NCBI GenBank assembly: GCA_015062495.1
Contig: SUUN01000001.1
Location: 19,881-83,880, forward strand
From: Alphaproteobacteria bacterium
GTDB taxonomy: Bacteria; Pseudomonadota; Alphaproteobacteria; Rs-D84
Length of the DNA stretch: 64,000 nucleotides
Reading direction: 5' to 3'
Shown here: one piece after another, positions 35,847 to 45,325 of the stretch
How the letters are laid out: each line of letters starts with the position of its first letter
Numbering within the stretch: position 1 is the stretch's first letter
Program-made: the position numbers and the translations under genes
The notes under the pieces: generated by a model
What the model was told of the DNA's origin: nothing
Seen by the model: the letters and a program-made list of their open reading frames with translations, nothing else
Databases searched by the model: none

Positions 35847-38615
35847 TTATTTGCCCCATGTGGTGCCAATTGTAAATTCGGCCACCAATGGAATGGATAA
35901 CTGGGTTATATTTTCCATGGCGAATTTTATTTTGTGCGCGAATTCATCGGCAAATTCAGATTTACATTCAAATACGATTTCATCGTGCACCTGCATAATC
36001 ATGCGGATTTTGTCGGCATTGGGGTGCATGATATTTTTATCAATTTCAACCATGGCGCGCCGCATCAGGTCGGCTTCGAATCCCTGGATTGGGGCGTTGA
36101 TGGCCGCACGCATTGCATAGGCGCGCATGCGCGGATTTTTGACGTCTGGTAATTCAATTCGCCGTCCCCATGGGGTGTACACACAGGCGTTTGCCAATGC
36201 AAATTCTTTGGTTTTATCAATATATTCCCGAATTTCGGGCAGGCCAGCCATATATGTGTTTATGATATTTTGCGCATCCCCACGCGATACACCCAGTTGC
36301 GACGCTAGACCAAACGATGATATCCCATAAATAATGGAAAAGTTCACGGTTTTTGCCGCGCGGCGTAAATCACGTGGGACCGGTTGGTCGGTGGGGATAT
36401 TAAATATCTTGCGCGCGGTTTGTTCGTGGATGTCTGCGTTATTATTAAATGTTTCTTTGAATGTGTGGACGTTTGCCATGTCCGCCAACAGGCGCAACTG
36501 AATCTGGGAATAGTCAACTGATATCAGCGTATGGCCCGGGGCGGCGATAAAGCATTTGCGGATTTCTTCGCCCAGTTCGGTTTTAATCGGTATGTTTTGC
36601 AGGTTCGGATCGCGACTGGACAGGCGGCCGGTGTTGGTGCTGGTCTGTAAATAGGTGGTGTGGATGCGACCGTCGGATGCAATTTGGCGCGGCAATGCGT
36701 CTGCGTATGTGCCAGCCAGTTTTGCGATTGAACGCCAATTTAGTATTTTTTCAATGATTTCGTGCGCGTCGATTAAATCGTTTAATGCATCGGCGTCGGT
36801 GGAACGCTTTTTATTCGCGGGCAGGTTCAGTTCATCGAATAAAACGCAGCCCAGTTGTTTGGGACTGGCGATATTAAATTCGTGGCCGGCCAATGTCCAG
36901 ATTTCAGATTGTAATTTTCCCAGTTGTTCGTGGAATATGGCGGACAGGTGTTGCAATTTTGCCCGATCGGCCAGAACGCCAGCGCGTTCCATTTGCATTA
37001 ATATCGGCATCAGGGGTAAATCGCATGTTTCGTATAATTCGCGTAATTTGTTGTTTGCATTCAGTTCAGGACGCATTAAATCGTACAATGCGCGACAGAT
37101 ACAGGCATCTTCGGCGGCGTACAGGCATGCGTCTGCGACGGTCAGGGTGTCAAAGCGCATGTCAGCGTCGCGGGTTTTGGGCGGAAACAGGGATGAAAAT
37201 TTTATGTTTTCGTGCCCCAGGTACATTAATGCCAATTCATCCAGCCCGTGGCCGTGGCGCGTGCCGTGCAAGGCATATGACAACAGCATTGTGTCGTCGA
37301 TTGGGCGAATTAGTGTTGTATCCCAACCCTCGTTAGCCATAATATGTAAATCATATTTCAGGTTATGACCAATTTTTATAATGTCTGGGTTTGTTAGTAT
37401 GGGCCACAATTTTTCCCGTACAATTTCAATTGGGATTTGATTTGGCGCGATATTGTCACCCCCAAACAGGTCGGGTGTGCCACACCGATGACGGATTGGG
37501 ATATATGCCCCATGTGTGTCGTCAATCGCCAATGATATGCCGACGATTTTATCGGATATATGATTTAAACCGGTTGTTTCGGTGTCAATTGCCAATATTT
37601 TATCGATACGTCCCAGATATTTTTCCAGTGCTGATACGGTTGTAATTGTTTCGCATTTGATTTCGCGTTTTTTTGCAGGCGCGGGGGCAGGGGACGCGTC
37701 GGGTACATCACACGCGTTGCCGGGAAACGAAAATTCAGTTGCAGCGGGTGAATTTTGTTCGACTGGAAACAGTTTTTCGATTTTTGCAATCAGCGAATTG
37801 CTTTCGATATTTTTGCGAATAAATTCCAGTGCGCCCGGTGTGTTAAATCGAAATGGGGTAATCGTTAATCCCGATAAATCGACATCTGTCTTTAATGTGA
37901 CCAGTTGTTTGGAAATGTACGCCATTTCACGGTTGTCGCGCAACAGACCGCGAATGCGTTCGTTTTGAACCGCGTCCAGGTTTGCATACAGGTTGTCCAG
38001 GCTGCCGAACTGGTTGATAAGTTCCGCCGCCTTTTTCGGGCCAATACCGGGCACGCCGGGAACGTTATCGGACGAATCGCCCATCAGGGATTGAACGTCG
38101 ATAACCTGGTGCGGTTTGACACCGAATTTTTCCAGGACGGCGTCTTCGTGGATTTCGCGATTTTTCATGCCGTCGTATAAAAAGACGCAGTCGGATACCA
38201 GTTGCATCAGGTCTTTGTCACTGGTGATAATTCGGGTGGCGTTTGTTGATGTACAGTTTTGGTGCGCCAGGGTGGCGATTACATCGTCGGCTTCGACCCC
38301 GGGAACGCACAAGACCGGCATTCCCAATGACATCAGGCCAGATTGAATCATTTGGCCCTGGGCGATTAAGTCCGCCGGTGTGGCCGCGCGGTTCATTTTG
38401 TATTCGGGGTATATATCCTGGCGAAATGTGATGCGGGATGCGTCGAATACGCATATAAATGCATCGTCGGGTTTTGCGGATGCCAATATGGGTAAAATCA
38501 TATTGAAAAATCCGTACACTGCACCGGTCGGTGTGCCGTCGGCACGGGTCAGGCGACTGTGCACGCCATAGTAGGCACGAAACAAAAGCGAATTTCCGTC
38601 AATCAGTGTCAGCAT
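35847..38615 (-). CDS. polA: DNA polymerase I
   Basis: IDGNSLLFRAY 5'-3' exonuclease; IDTETTGL 3'-5' exonuclease; DYSQIQLR, AKTVNFSIIYG and QVHDE polymerase motifs. Confidence 0.98.
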   Translation of the reverse strand: MLTLIDGNSLLFRAYYGVHSRLTRADGTPTGAVYGFFNMILPILASAKPDDAFICVFDASRITFRQDIYPEYKMNRAATPADLIAQGQMIQSGLMSLGMPVLCVPGVEADDVIATLAHQNCTSTNATRIITSDKDLMQLVSDCVFLYDGMKNREIHEDAVLEKFGVKPHQVIDVQSLMGDSSDNVPGVPGIGPKKAAELINQFGSLDNLYANLDAVQNERIRGLLRDNREMAYISKQLVTLKTDVDLSGLTITPFRFNTPGALEFIRKNIESNSLIAKIEKLFPVEQNSPAATEFSFPGNACDVPDASPAPAPAKKREIKCETITTVSALEKYLGRIDKILAIDTETTGLNHISDKIVGISLAIDDTHGAYIPIRHRCGTPDLFGGDNIAPNQIPIEIVREKLWPILTNPDIIKIGHNLKYDLHIMANEGWDTTLIRPIDDTMLLSYALHGTRHGHGLDELALMYLGHENIKFSSLFPPKTRDADMRFDTLTVADACLYAAEDACICRALYDLMRPELNANNKLRELYETCDLPLMPILMQMERAGVLADRAKLQHLSAIFHEQLGKLQSEIWTLAGHEFNIASPKQLGCVLFDELNLPANKKRSTDADALNDLIDAHEIIEKILNWRSIAKLAGTYADALPRQIASDGRIHTTYLQTSTNTGRLSSRDPNLQNIPIKTELGEEIRKCFIAAPGHTLISVDYSQIQLRLLADMANVHTFKETFNNNADIHEQTARKIFNIPTDQPVPRDLRRAAKTVNFSIIYGISSFGLASQLGVSRGDAQNIINTYMAGLPEIREYIDKTKEFALANACVYTPWGRRIELPDVKNPRMRAYAMRAAINAPIQGFEADLMRRAMVEIDKNIMHPNADKIRMIMQVHDEIVFECKSEFADEFAHKIKFAMENITQLSIPLVAEFTIGTTWGK

Positions 38616-38669
38616 ATAATTTTTCCCCAGGTTGTTAGTTTGGGGGGCAAATGCCCCCCCGATTGTTAT

Positions 38670-39221
38670 TTAAAAGACATAACGCAGTTTTACGCGACCT
38701 TCGTATTGTAACAGGTCTGGTTCTGTGTCTGTTGCTTTGAAAATGTCTGGGGCGTACAGGACGCGACCTTCGACGTCGATGTTAAATGGAATTACCGGTA
38801 TGTCCAGTGTGATTCCCAACATGCCCTGGTATACCAAGGTATCTTCGATATCAATTGTGGCCAGATTTTTGGGTTCGTATTTGCTGTCGAATGTAGAGCC
38901 AATACCAACGCCGATGTATGGTTTTACAATTGGGGTGGGTAATTTAAAGTACGCATTAACCAACCCCAGGTTTGCGGTTATGGCATCTGCGTCCAGATAG
39001 TTGTATTCCAATTCAACGCGGAACAATGGAATATCCATACCCAGAACCGCACCATATGATTGTGATGATTTAGAAATATCGTTGTCGTCTGCGAACAGGG
39101 TATAACCACCAATGCCGTATGTTGCGCCGGCATAGATATCAAACAGCATATTTGCGTTCGCCGCGCCCGCGGACATCATAATTGTGGTCGCAGTTAAAAT
39201 AGCAAAAGATTTTATGTTCAT
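38670..39221 (-). CDS. Small outer-membrane beta-barrel protein (OmpA/Opa-like, about 8 strands)
   Basis: Signal peptide; FRVELEYNY and KPYIGVGIG strands; terminal LRYVF. Confidence 0.85.
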   Translation of the reverse strand: MNIKSFAILTATTIMMSAGAANANMLFDIYAGATYGIGGYTLFADDNDISKSSQSYGAVLGMDIPLFRVELEYNYLDADAITANLGLVNAYFKLPTPIVKPYIGVGIGSTFDSKYEPKNLATIDIEDTLVYQGMLGITLDIPVIPFNIDVEGRVLYAPDIFKATDTEPDLLQYEGRVKLRYVF

Positions 39222-39267
39222 GTTTTCTCCTTTCTGTGATAGTATAATAAAAAAAAGAGTGGTAAAT

Positions 39268-39789
39268 ATGCAAGAAAATAAACCTTGTTTAGTCGTTGGA
39301 TTGGGGAATCCCGGGGCGCAGTATGCGAATACGCGTCATAATGTTGGTTTTATGGCGGTTGATTACCTGGCGGGGGTGGGGGCGACGTGGAAAAATGAAA
39401 AAGACGCGCTAACCACGCGTGCGGAAATTGATGGGCGACGCGTGATTTTTGTAAAACCCCAGACGTTTATGAACAACAGTGGTGTGGCGGTTGGGGCATT
39501 GATGACATTTTATAAAATACCGTTGGAAAATTTGATTGTAATTCATGATGATATGGATATTACGGTTGGTGATTGCCGCGAAAAAATCGGCGGGGGCAGT
39601 GCCGGACACAATGGTATTCGTTCGATTGATGCGCACGTTGGACGCGATTATCGTCGGATTCGTATTGGAATTGGACATCCGCGTGACTTTGATTTGCCGA
39701 TAGATCCGGCGGATTGGGTTCTGGGGAAATTTGGTACGGCGCAGTTGGTTTTGATTGACAGTGCAATTGGCAAAATAAAATTGTGGTAG
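39268..39789 (+). CDS. pth: Peptidyl-tRNA hydrolase
   Basis: VGLGNPGAQYANTRHNVGF, KPQTFMNNSG, HDD and AGHNGIRSI motifs. Start at 39268. Confidence 0.97.
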   Translation: MQENKPCLVVGLGNPGAQYANTRHNVGFMAVDYLAGVGATWKNEKDALTTRAEIDGRRVIFVKPQTFMNNSGVAVGALMTFYKIPLENLIVIHDDMDITVGDCREKIGGGSAGHNGIRSIDAHVGRDYRRIRIGIGHPRDFDLPIDPADWVLGKFGTAQLVLIDSAIGKIKLW

Positions 39790-39823
39790 TTGATAAAATA
39801 AATCCCGGTTGTCCCGGGATTTA

Positions 39824-41107
39824 TTAGTTGTTTCCACCGTGATAATATATTTTTGTTGTTCCGGGTAATGTAAATTCATTATCGGCTGCGTCCAAAATTA
39901 TTGTTGTGCCCCCAACCATATAGCATTGGGTTATTGCGGTTGATTTAGCGTCGGATGTCGAACCCGCGGGGCATTCGTTGTCTGTACTGATATCTGGACA
40001 GTAATAGCCCGCCGGACATTCGGCCCATTGGGCGGTTAATGTCATATCGTTGCCACCAGATATATCGTTGATGTCTGTGTTCGGGGATATTATGGTGTTG
40101 CTGTCATTGCAACCGGATGTGCATTTCCAGCCATTGAATAAATAACCGTTGTATGTACAGCCATTTGGTATATTGGGGGCAGAACATTTTTTGCCGTATG
40201 TACAGGATGGTGGGTTCGCGGGTTGGCATGTCGTGCCCGCGTCGCCAACCTGATATGTTATCTTAAATGATTTAGCGGACCATTGGGCCTTTAATTCAAT
40301 ATCGGTGGTATATGTATACTGAAATGTGCCACCCGCCGGCGTGATGTCCAAGGGAAGCGCATCATTTTTCCAACCTGTTAATGTATGACCCGTATTGCTG
40401 AATGTTTGGTCACCCAGGGTGGTGACAGTTGAGTCGTAACTGACGTTTTTCTGTGTTGTTGTTTGGTCTGTTCCGTTATTGGCGCGATATGTTATGGTGT
40501 ATGTGTTTATTACGCAATCGTCCCCATTTGCGACCGTGTCGCTGTTTGTGCCACCAATGATGTGATAATTCGGCCGGCAGTCACAGCCCAGGCCGTTACT
40601 GCTGGTTGTTGAGTTTGCGCCGCATCGGGCACAGGCTTTGTCTGTATTGATAGCGCTGTTGATATCGCCCCATGTTCCATTTATTGTGTATCCGGATTCC
40701 CTGGTGCCGTAATAATATATACCCTGTAATGCATTGTTTTTTGATGAACAGGCGTTGCACCCCCACCCCCAGGAGTTACCATTAGTAAATGCCTGGGCGG
40801 CTTTGCATTGTGCTGTAAATGCGCATGCGTCTTGGGATGTTTGGCCGGTTGAGGTCTTTGACCATTCGGTGTTAGAGTTGGCGTCCCATGTGCCACAGGA
40901 AAAGCAAGCAGTTGCGTTTTCGCCAAGCGTACCATCATTATATGTTCCGACAGGACACTTGGCACATGAAGTCAAATGTGTTTGCCAATAGCACCCGGGG
41001 GTGGTGTTGCAAGTTGCCTTTGACAGGGTTGTGCAATCTGTATCAGCGGCATGTGCCACGCACGCGCAGAATGTTAATAAAAATGCAGTGGTAATAAATT
41101 TCCTCAT
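39824..41107 (-). CDS. Secreted Cys-rich protein with two InlB B-repeats
   Basis: Signal MRKFITTAFLL..AHA (start 41107); CPVGTY and CPAGYYC repeats; GHTLTGWK..LKAQW and GYLFNGWK..LTAQW; C-terminal AITQCY. Confidence 0.85.
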   Translation of the reverse strand: MRKFITTAFLLTFCACVAHAADTDCTTLSKATCNTTPGCYWQTHLTSCAKCPVGTYNDGTLGENATACFSCGTWDANSNTEWSKTSTGQTSQDACAFTAQCKAAQAFTNGNSWGWGCNACSSKNNALQGIYYYGTRESGYTINGTWGDINSAINTDKACARCGANSTTSSNGLGCDCRPNYHIIGGTNSDTVANGDDCVINTYTITYRANNGTDQTTTQKNVSYDSTVTTLGDQTFSNTGHTLTGWKNDALPLDITPAGGTFQYTYTTDIELKAQWSAKSFKITYQVGDAGTTCQPANPPSCTYGKKCSAPNIPNGCTYNGYLFNGWKCTSGCNDSNTIISPNTDINDISGGNDMTLTAQWAECPAGYYCPDISTDNECPAGSTSDAKSTAITQCYMVGGTTIILDAADNEFTLPGTTKIYYHGGNN

Positions 41108-41181
41108 CCTGAGAGATATGCTAGAAAAAAGGGGGCGATAAAGCAATAAAAAAATCCGACGCATGTCGGATTTTATATGTT

Positions 41182-41613
41182 TTATCGTTGGTTGTCCGTG
41201 GCCAATTGTGCGTTAATTGTCCAACCGTTTTGAACATACCACAGGCTGTCTTCGGGGACTTTGCTGGCTTCGCCTGGTTCAAAGTCGAAGTTGCCACGCC
41301 CGCGAATCTTTGGTGACAGTTCTATTCTGGGTTCAAGTTGCAACATGCGGAAATTACGAATCGATACGCGATTCCAATGATTGTAATAGCCAACTGGAAC
41401 CATGTATACATAACGAACGTCAGGTTGGGCGGCGGCCTTTTCCAGTGCGAAGTATGTCAGGTTGGTCAGATCGTATTCGGAAAACTTAAACTCAATATCG
41501 CGGGTGGGTATTGGTTCTTCTTTTTCACAGGATGTGAAAATTGTTGCGCCGGCCAATCCCAGGATGGGCAGTGCGCGTTTCAGGTAATATGGTAATGTTT
41601 TTGTTAGTTTCAT
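41182..41613 (-). CDS. Putative lipoprotein
   Basis: Basic N-terminus, hydrophobic stretch and FTS-C-EKEE lipobox. Confidence 0.75.
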   Translation of the reverse strand: MKLTKTLPYYLKRALPILGLAGATIFTSCEKEEPIPTRDIEFKFSEYDLTNLTYFALEKAAAQPDVRYVYMVPVGYYNHWNRVSIRNFRMLQLEPRIELSPKIRGRGNFDFEPGEASKVPEDSLWYVQNGWTINAQLATDNQR

Positions 41614-41659
41614 AGTTTAATCCTTTTTTGTTGGGGTGGGAATGTTTTCCTGGGGTATA

Positions 41660-41862
41660 AACAAAAAATCCGGCAAAAAGTCCGGATTTTTAGCGTTTAT
41701 ATCGTTGATAAAAAACCAATTTACAGATGGGGTGTTGGTCGTGGTGGCACAGGGCACACCGTCAACCGCCCGCCATGGGTGGGTGGTATTGCGCCAAATC
41801 CCGATATGTATATTGGTTGTATTCATGTTATGGATTCTAGCGCAGGTTTATTGGTGTGTCAA
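41660..41862 (-). promoter_or_regulatory. sigma70 promoter plus structured leader with terminator (different from L1-L7)
   Basis: TTGACA-17-TAGAAT (41862-41834); basal stem AACCAATATACA/TGTAAATTGGTT; terminator ATCCGG..CCGGAT-TTTTT before the RBS. Confidence 0.6.
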
Positions 41863-41904
41863 GAATATATGCAAAAAACAATATGTTGTTTGTTATGCGC
41901 GTGT

Positions 41905-44900
41905 TTAGGGGCATATGTTGCTGAATTCGATTGACCATTTGTCGGGTTCGGCGCAATCGGCACCACCGCATGTTTTCCATGATTGACCATTATATACACA
42001 GGTGTCAGTGGCGGTTTTATAATATGATGATACACCTTTATTATTTGTCGGGTCTAAATAGTGACCATCGTCGTCAATTAATACCAATTTGCCATTGCAT
42101 TGCACCGATTTGCCATATGGATAGTTGTCGTCCGCTGTGCCCGTCCAGTTAACCGTGCCCAAACACACCAGGTTATAGTATGTGCCGTTGTCGGTATAGC
42201 GAACAATCAGGTTTGTGTATTGCACGCCACTGGTTATACAGACATCGTTCCCGCCAATATCGTTTGTGCCAAAATATGTATCCTTTGTGACCTTGACCGA
42301 TTGTGTCACATCCGATTGGCAACAATTGCGGGCTGTGCCATTTATGTTTTCATATTGGTTATTGTCACCACAACAATTGCGAGTGTTTGCGTTGTCGGCG
42401 AATACGCTGAATTGGCGGTCGCCACAAAGGGTGTTCGTGATGTCCATGCTGCCTGGTGGGACGCACATTCCGTCGGAATATGTAAAGCCAGGGCGGCAAC
42501 TGGTGTCGCGACAACTGTCGGGAGCGTCGGACGTGCCGGTGTTTTTTGCAAACCATGCCAACAGTGTATCATATGTGTTGCCGGATTGATCTGTTGCCCT
42601 GATACGGTTGTGATATGTAATGGATGCACTTAGGTTTGTTTTTGCGGGCGCTTCGCAATTGCCCCAAATGCGTTCCGCCAGGCGGCATGCATAGCATTTG
42701 GCGGATACTGGGGTATCGGCAGCTGAATTAAGGCATTCCGTTTCACAAATACTGTTAACACAGTTTGAACCTTTCATATCCGAACTTATGCAGGCGTTTG
42801 TTTGGGTGGTGTTAGGTTCTATGGTGATGTTGGACCATCCATCAGGTTTTATGCCGTACATTTTGCCATAGAATGTGCGGAAAATATTCGGGCGTGTTTC
42901 AGTGTCACCTGTGTCTGCGTCGGCGGTTTCGACGCCTGCGTCTGGGGTATCATTTTTAATCGTGTCCAGTGGGTGCAGTTCTTGAATCCGGTTCAGGGCA
43001 TCGTCGCCGGCACTGGCAACACATTCAACAACATCGTCCCAACATGCAGTGCGATTGATGATTGATTTGCGGTTAATGGATGTGTCTATGTTTTCACACA
43101 GGCCAAAGTTTCCAGTTACAGATGTACAGGCCTGGATAATGCAGGCGCGTCCAACCTCGCGACAGGTTTGCAGGATTGTTTCGTACGTTTTTTCGGTTGA
43201 TATGTCGGTTATGCCTGTTTGCCAGTTTTCGCCACCACCAGATGTCTGCATTAATGCGGTGCATGCGGTTTGAACATCTGCACACATCGCATTTACCGTT
43301 TGGTCAACCGCAACACCAAAGATAGATAGCGCGCGTGCGTCAAATTCGGTAATGGAATCATATGTTTCGTCCAAGCATTGTGCCGTCAGGGTGGTACAGG
43401 ATTGACGTACTTCTTCTAACTTGGATTCCTGGGCCAATTTGATTTGGGCCAGCGCGTCGTCAATAAAGCCGTCCCAAACATAATCTGATATGTCCTGGCA
43501 ATTTTCCATGGCGGGTTCTAGGAATTTCTTTTTAGAATTTAAAAATGTTATAAACCGATCGTTGCCCGGGGCAGTGCGCCATGTTTGGCCCGATTCAGGA
43601 CGCGATATTAATGATGCCAGGTTATACAGTTCGGTGGTTAAAAACGCCGTGCCCGTTGTGGGGTCAATATAGCGGCCGGTTGTGTCCAGACATTTGCCCA
43701 TGTCGGCACCACATACGGTCGAATCGGTTAACATGTCCAGCATTTTGCGTTTGCAGGTTAAAATGTCGTCAGAATTGCGTTTCTGGTGTATGTCCAGGCG
43801 CGACATGTCCAACAGTGCGCCCGATTCGAATACCTGGGTGCGGGCCTGGTCAACCTGGGTCTGGTATGATTTTTTGACGGTGTTGCAATCAGATTCAATC
43901 GCCATTTGATAACTGCTTTCTGCGATGGCCAGGTCGTCGGTGCTGCAAACCTCCATCGCCATTTCGCGACATACCGGCAGGGCAGATACATATAAGTCTG
44001 TGCCGGATTTCGCCGTTGTGGATGCGCCCGCCATGGAATCAATCGTGTCAAATGCAGAATCCATATTTAATGATAATGATATGGCGTTCAGGCTTTGGTC
44101 AAAGTTGCTGTCATTAAAACTGGTGTTTAATTTTTTGGCAATTTCATCCAGCATTTTTTTTGAAGCGGATGTGTCGTCGGCCGCATATGCCAATTCACCT
44201 TCGGTTGGTTTGTATAATGCTTCGGCGTCTTCGCGTTCCATGTTGACGGTTATCAGGCGTTGACTGAAATCCATCAGTTTTTCTTCGACGTTGGCCAGGT
44301 TCTGTTTCGTGCCGTCAAATTCGTGTATGCGTGAAGAACAGGCGCAACGTTTAAGTTGTGCGTCCTTGTTCGCGCAGAATTCATCCATACAATCATAAAA
44401 TACCGTGCGACATTTGGAAAAATCACGGTTCAGCATGTCGGACGCAGTTGTTGCAGTTGCGGTTGCAGTGCGGGCGCGTGTTGGTTGCGTGGCTGTACGT
44501 GATTTGTTTGATGTGCGTGTAGTGGGCGCGCCGGTGCGCGCGGTCGTCGCCATGGTGCGCGATTGTGTGGTCTTGATTGTGCGTGGCGCAACCGTTGCAG
44601 TGCGTGCCGATACGCGTTTTGTTTCCGGGGTGGATGCCATGCGTGTGATGGTTGTGCCGGTGCGCGGTGTTGTGGTTGTCGTTTGTGTGCGTTCGCGCAC
44701 AGTCGCGCCCGATTTGCCAATATTTGTTGCACGGGATGCGGTGGTTGCCTTTTTCGCGGGCGTTGTGGTCGGTTTTTGACGATTTGTTGTTATTGGGGTT
44801 GATGCGCTGCGTCGCGTGGCCGCACGCGCGATGTCAGATGCATCATCAGCAGCCGCCTGAAACGCAAGCGGCGCAAGCAATACAGCCAAAAGCAGTTTAA

Positions 44901-44910
44901 TTCCCTTCAT
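41905..44910 (-). CDS. Large secreted Cys-rich protein of unknown function (paralog of 57119-59722)
   Basis: Signal peptide, Thr/Arg/Ala low-complexity region, then a Cys-patterned domain CMDEFC..RCAC, MAIESDCNTV, VCG..KCLD. Confidence 0.85.
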   Translation of the reverse strand: MKGIKLLLAVLLAPLAFQAAADDASDIARAATRRSASTPITTNRQKPTTTPAKKATTASRATNIGKSGATVRERTQTTTTTPRTGTTITRMASTPETKRVSARTATVAPRTIKTTQSRTMATTARTGAPTTRTSNKSRTATQPTRARTATATATTASDMLNRDFSKCRTVFYDCMDEFCANKDAQLKRCACSSRIHEFDGTKQNLANVEEKLMDFSQRLITVNMEREDAEALYKPTEGELAYAADDTSASKKMLDEIAKKLNTSFNDSNFDQSLNAISLSLNMDSAFDTIDSMAGASTTAKSGTDLYVSALPVCREMAMEVCSTDDLAIAESSYQMAIESDCNTVKKSYQTQVDQARTQVFESGALLDMSRLDIHQKRNSDDILTCKRKMLDMLTDSTVCGADMGKCLDTTGRYIDPTTGTAFLTTELYNLASLISRPESGQTWRTAPGNDRFITFLNSKKKFLEPAMENCQDISDYVWDGFIDDALAQIKLAQESKLEEVRQSCTTLTAQCLDETYDSITEFDARALSIFGVAVDQTVNAMCADVQTACTALMQTSGGGENWQTGITDISTEKTYETILQTCREVGRACIIQACTSVTGNFGLCENIDTSINRKSIINRTACWDDVVECVASAGDDALNRIQELHPLDTIKNDTPDAGVETADADTGDTETRPNIFRTFYGKMYGIKPDGWSNITIEPNTTQTNACISSDMKGSNCVNSICETECLNSAADTPVSAKCYACRLAERIWGNCEAPAKTNLSASITYHNRIRATDQSGNTYDTLLAWFAKNTGTSDAPDSCRDTSCRPGFTYSDGMCVPPGSMDITNTLCGDRQFSVFADNANTRNCCGDNNQYENINGTARNCCQSDVTQSVKVTKDTYFGTNDIGGNDVCITSGVQYTNLIVRYTDNGTYYNLVCLGTVNWTGTADDNYPYGKSVQCNGKLVLIDDDGHYLDPTNNKGVSSYYKTATDTCVYNGQSWKTCGGADCAEPDKWSIEFSNICP

Positions 44911-45047
44911 CCTTGTTTATTAAAGTTTAGCAAATTTATAAAAAGCCAGGCAAGGGGAAAATGTGGTATGAGACAGGGCTGTTTGGTTCTTTCAGTCCGT
45001 CTGCGCTGACGCTACGCCGAGACGTTGAATAACCGTTGGTTCTTGCC

Positions 45048-45114
45048 GTCCGTCGGTGCAAAGCACCGCCGAGACACTCAAATTTTCAACGCGCGCTGCG
45101 CTTGCTTGAAAATT
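45048..45114. repeat. Palindromic tRNA-trailer repeat, copy 1
   Basis: About 67 bp, near-identical to 56769-56834. Hairpins AAATTTTCAA..TTGAAAATTT and CGGTGC..GCACCG. Confidence 0.85.
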
Positions 45115-45199
45115 TGGTGCGACCAGGGGGAATCGAACCCCCAAGGGTTGCCCCACAGCATCCTTAGTGCTGCGCGTATACCAGTTCCGCCATGGTCGC
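45115..45199 (-). tRNA. tRNA-Leu(AAG)
   Basis: GCGACCA/TGGTCGC acceptor, A73, long variable arm; anticodon arm CAGCA-CTAAGGA-TGCTG gives A34-A35-G36 and G37. Confidence 0.9.
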
Positions 45200-45204
45200 A
45201 TATG

Positions 45205-45234
45205 TGAGACATGAGACATGAGACATGAGACATG
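45205..45234. repeat. Heptamer tandem repeat (TGAGACA)x4
   Basis: Read directly, just upstream of tRNA-Leu(AAG). Confidence 0.9.
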
Positions 45235-45325
45235 TCGCGGTGATATATTTTTGCAATATGAAATTTGTTTTTCAACCTTTTTTATGATAAAATTGTTTTC
45301 AAAGGACTCAAGGAAAGGGCGTCAT

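Noticed and set aside
598-41862. Assignment of the leaders to known riboswitch or T-box classes
   Set aside because: Only fragments resemble known RNAs (for example GATTTGG-CGCAATA-CCA at about 41790 recalls FMN/cobalamin T-loops). The diagnostic cores are absent by eye; a cmscan run is needed.
45205-45234. (TGAGACA)4 as a phase-variable contingency locus
   Set aside because: It is intergenic, not clearly within a promoter spacer, and short heptamer runs also flank other palindromic repeats here. There is no evidence of length variation.
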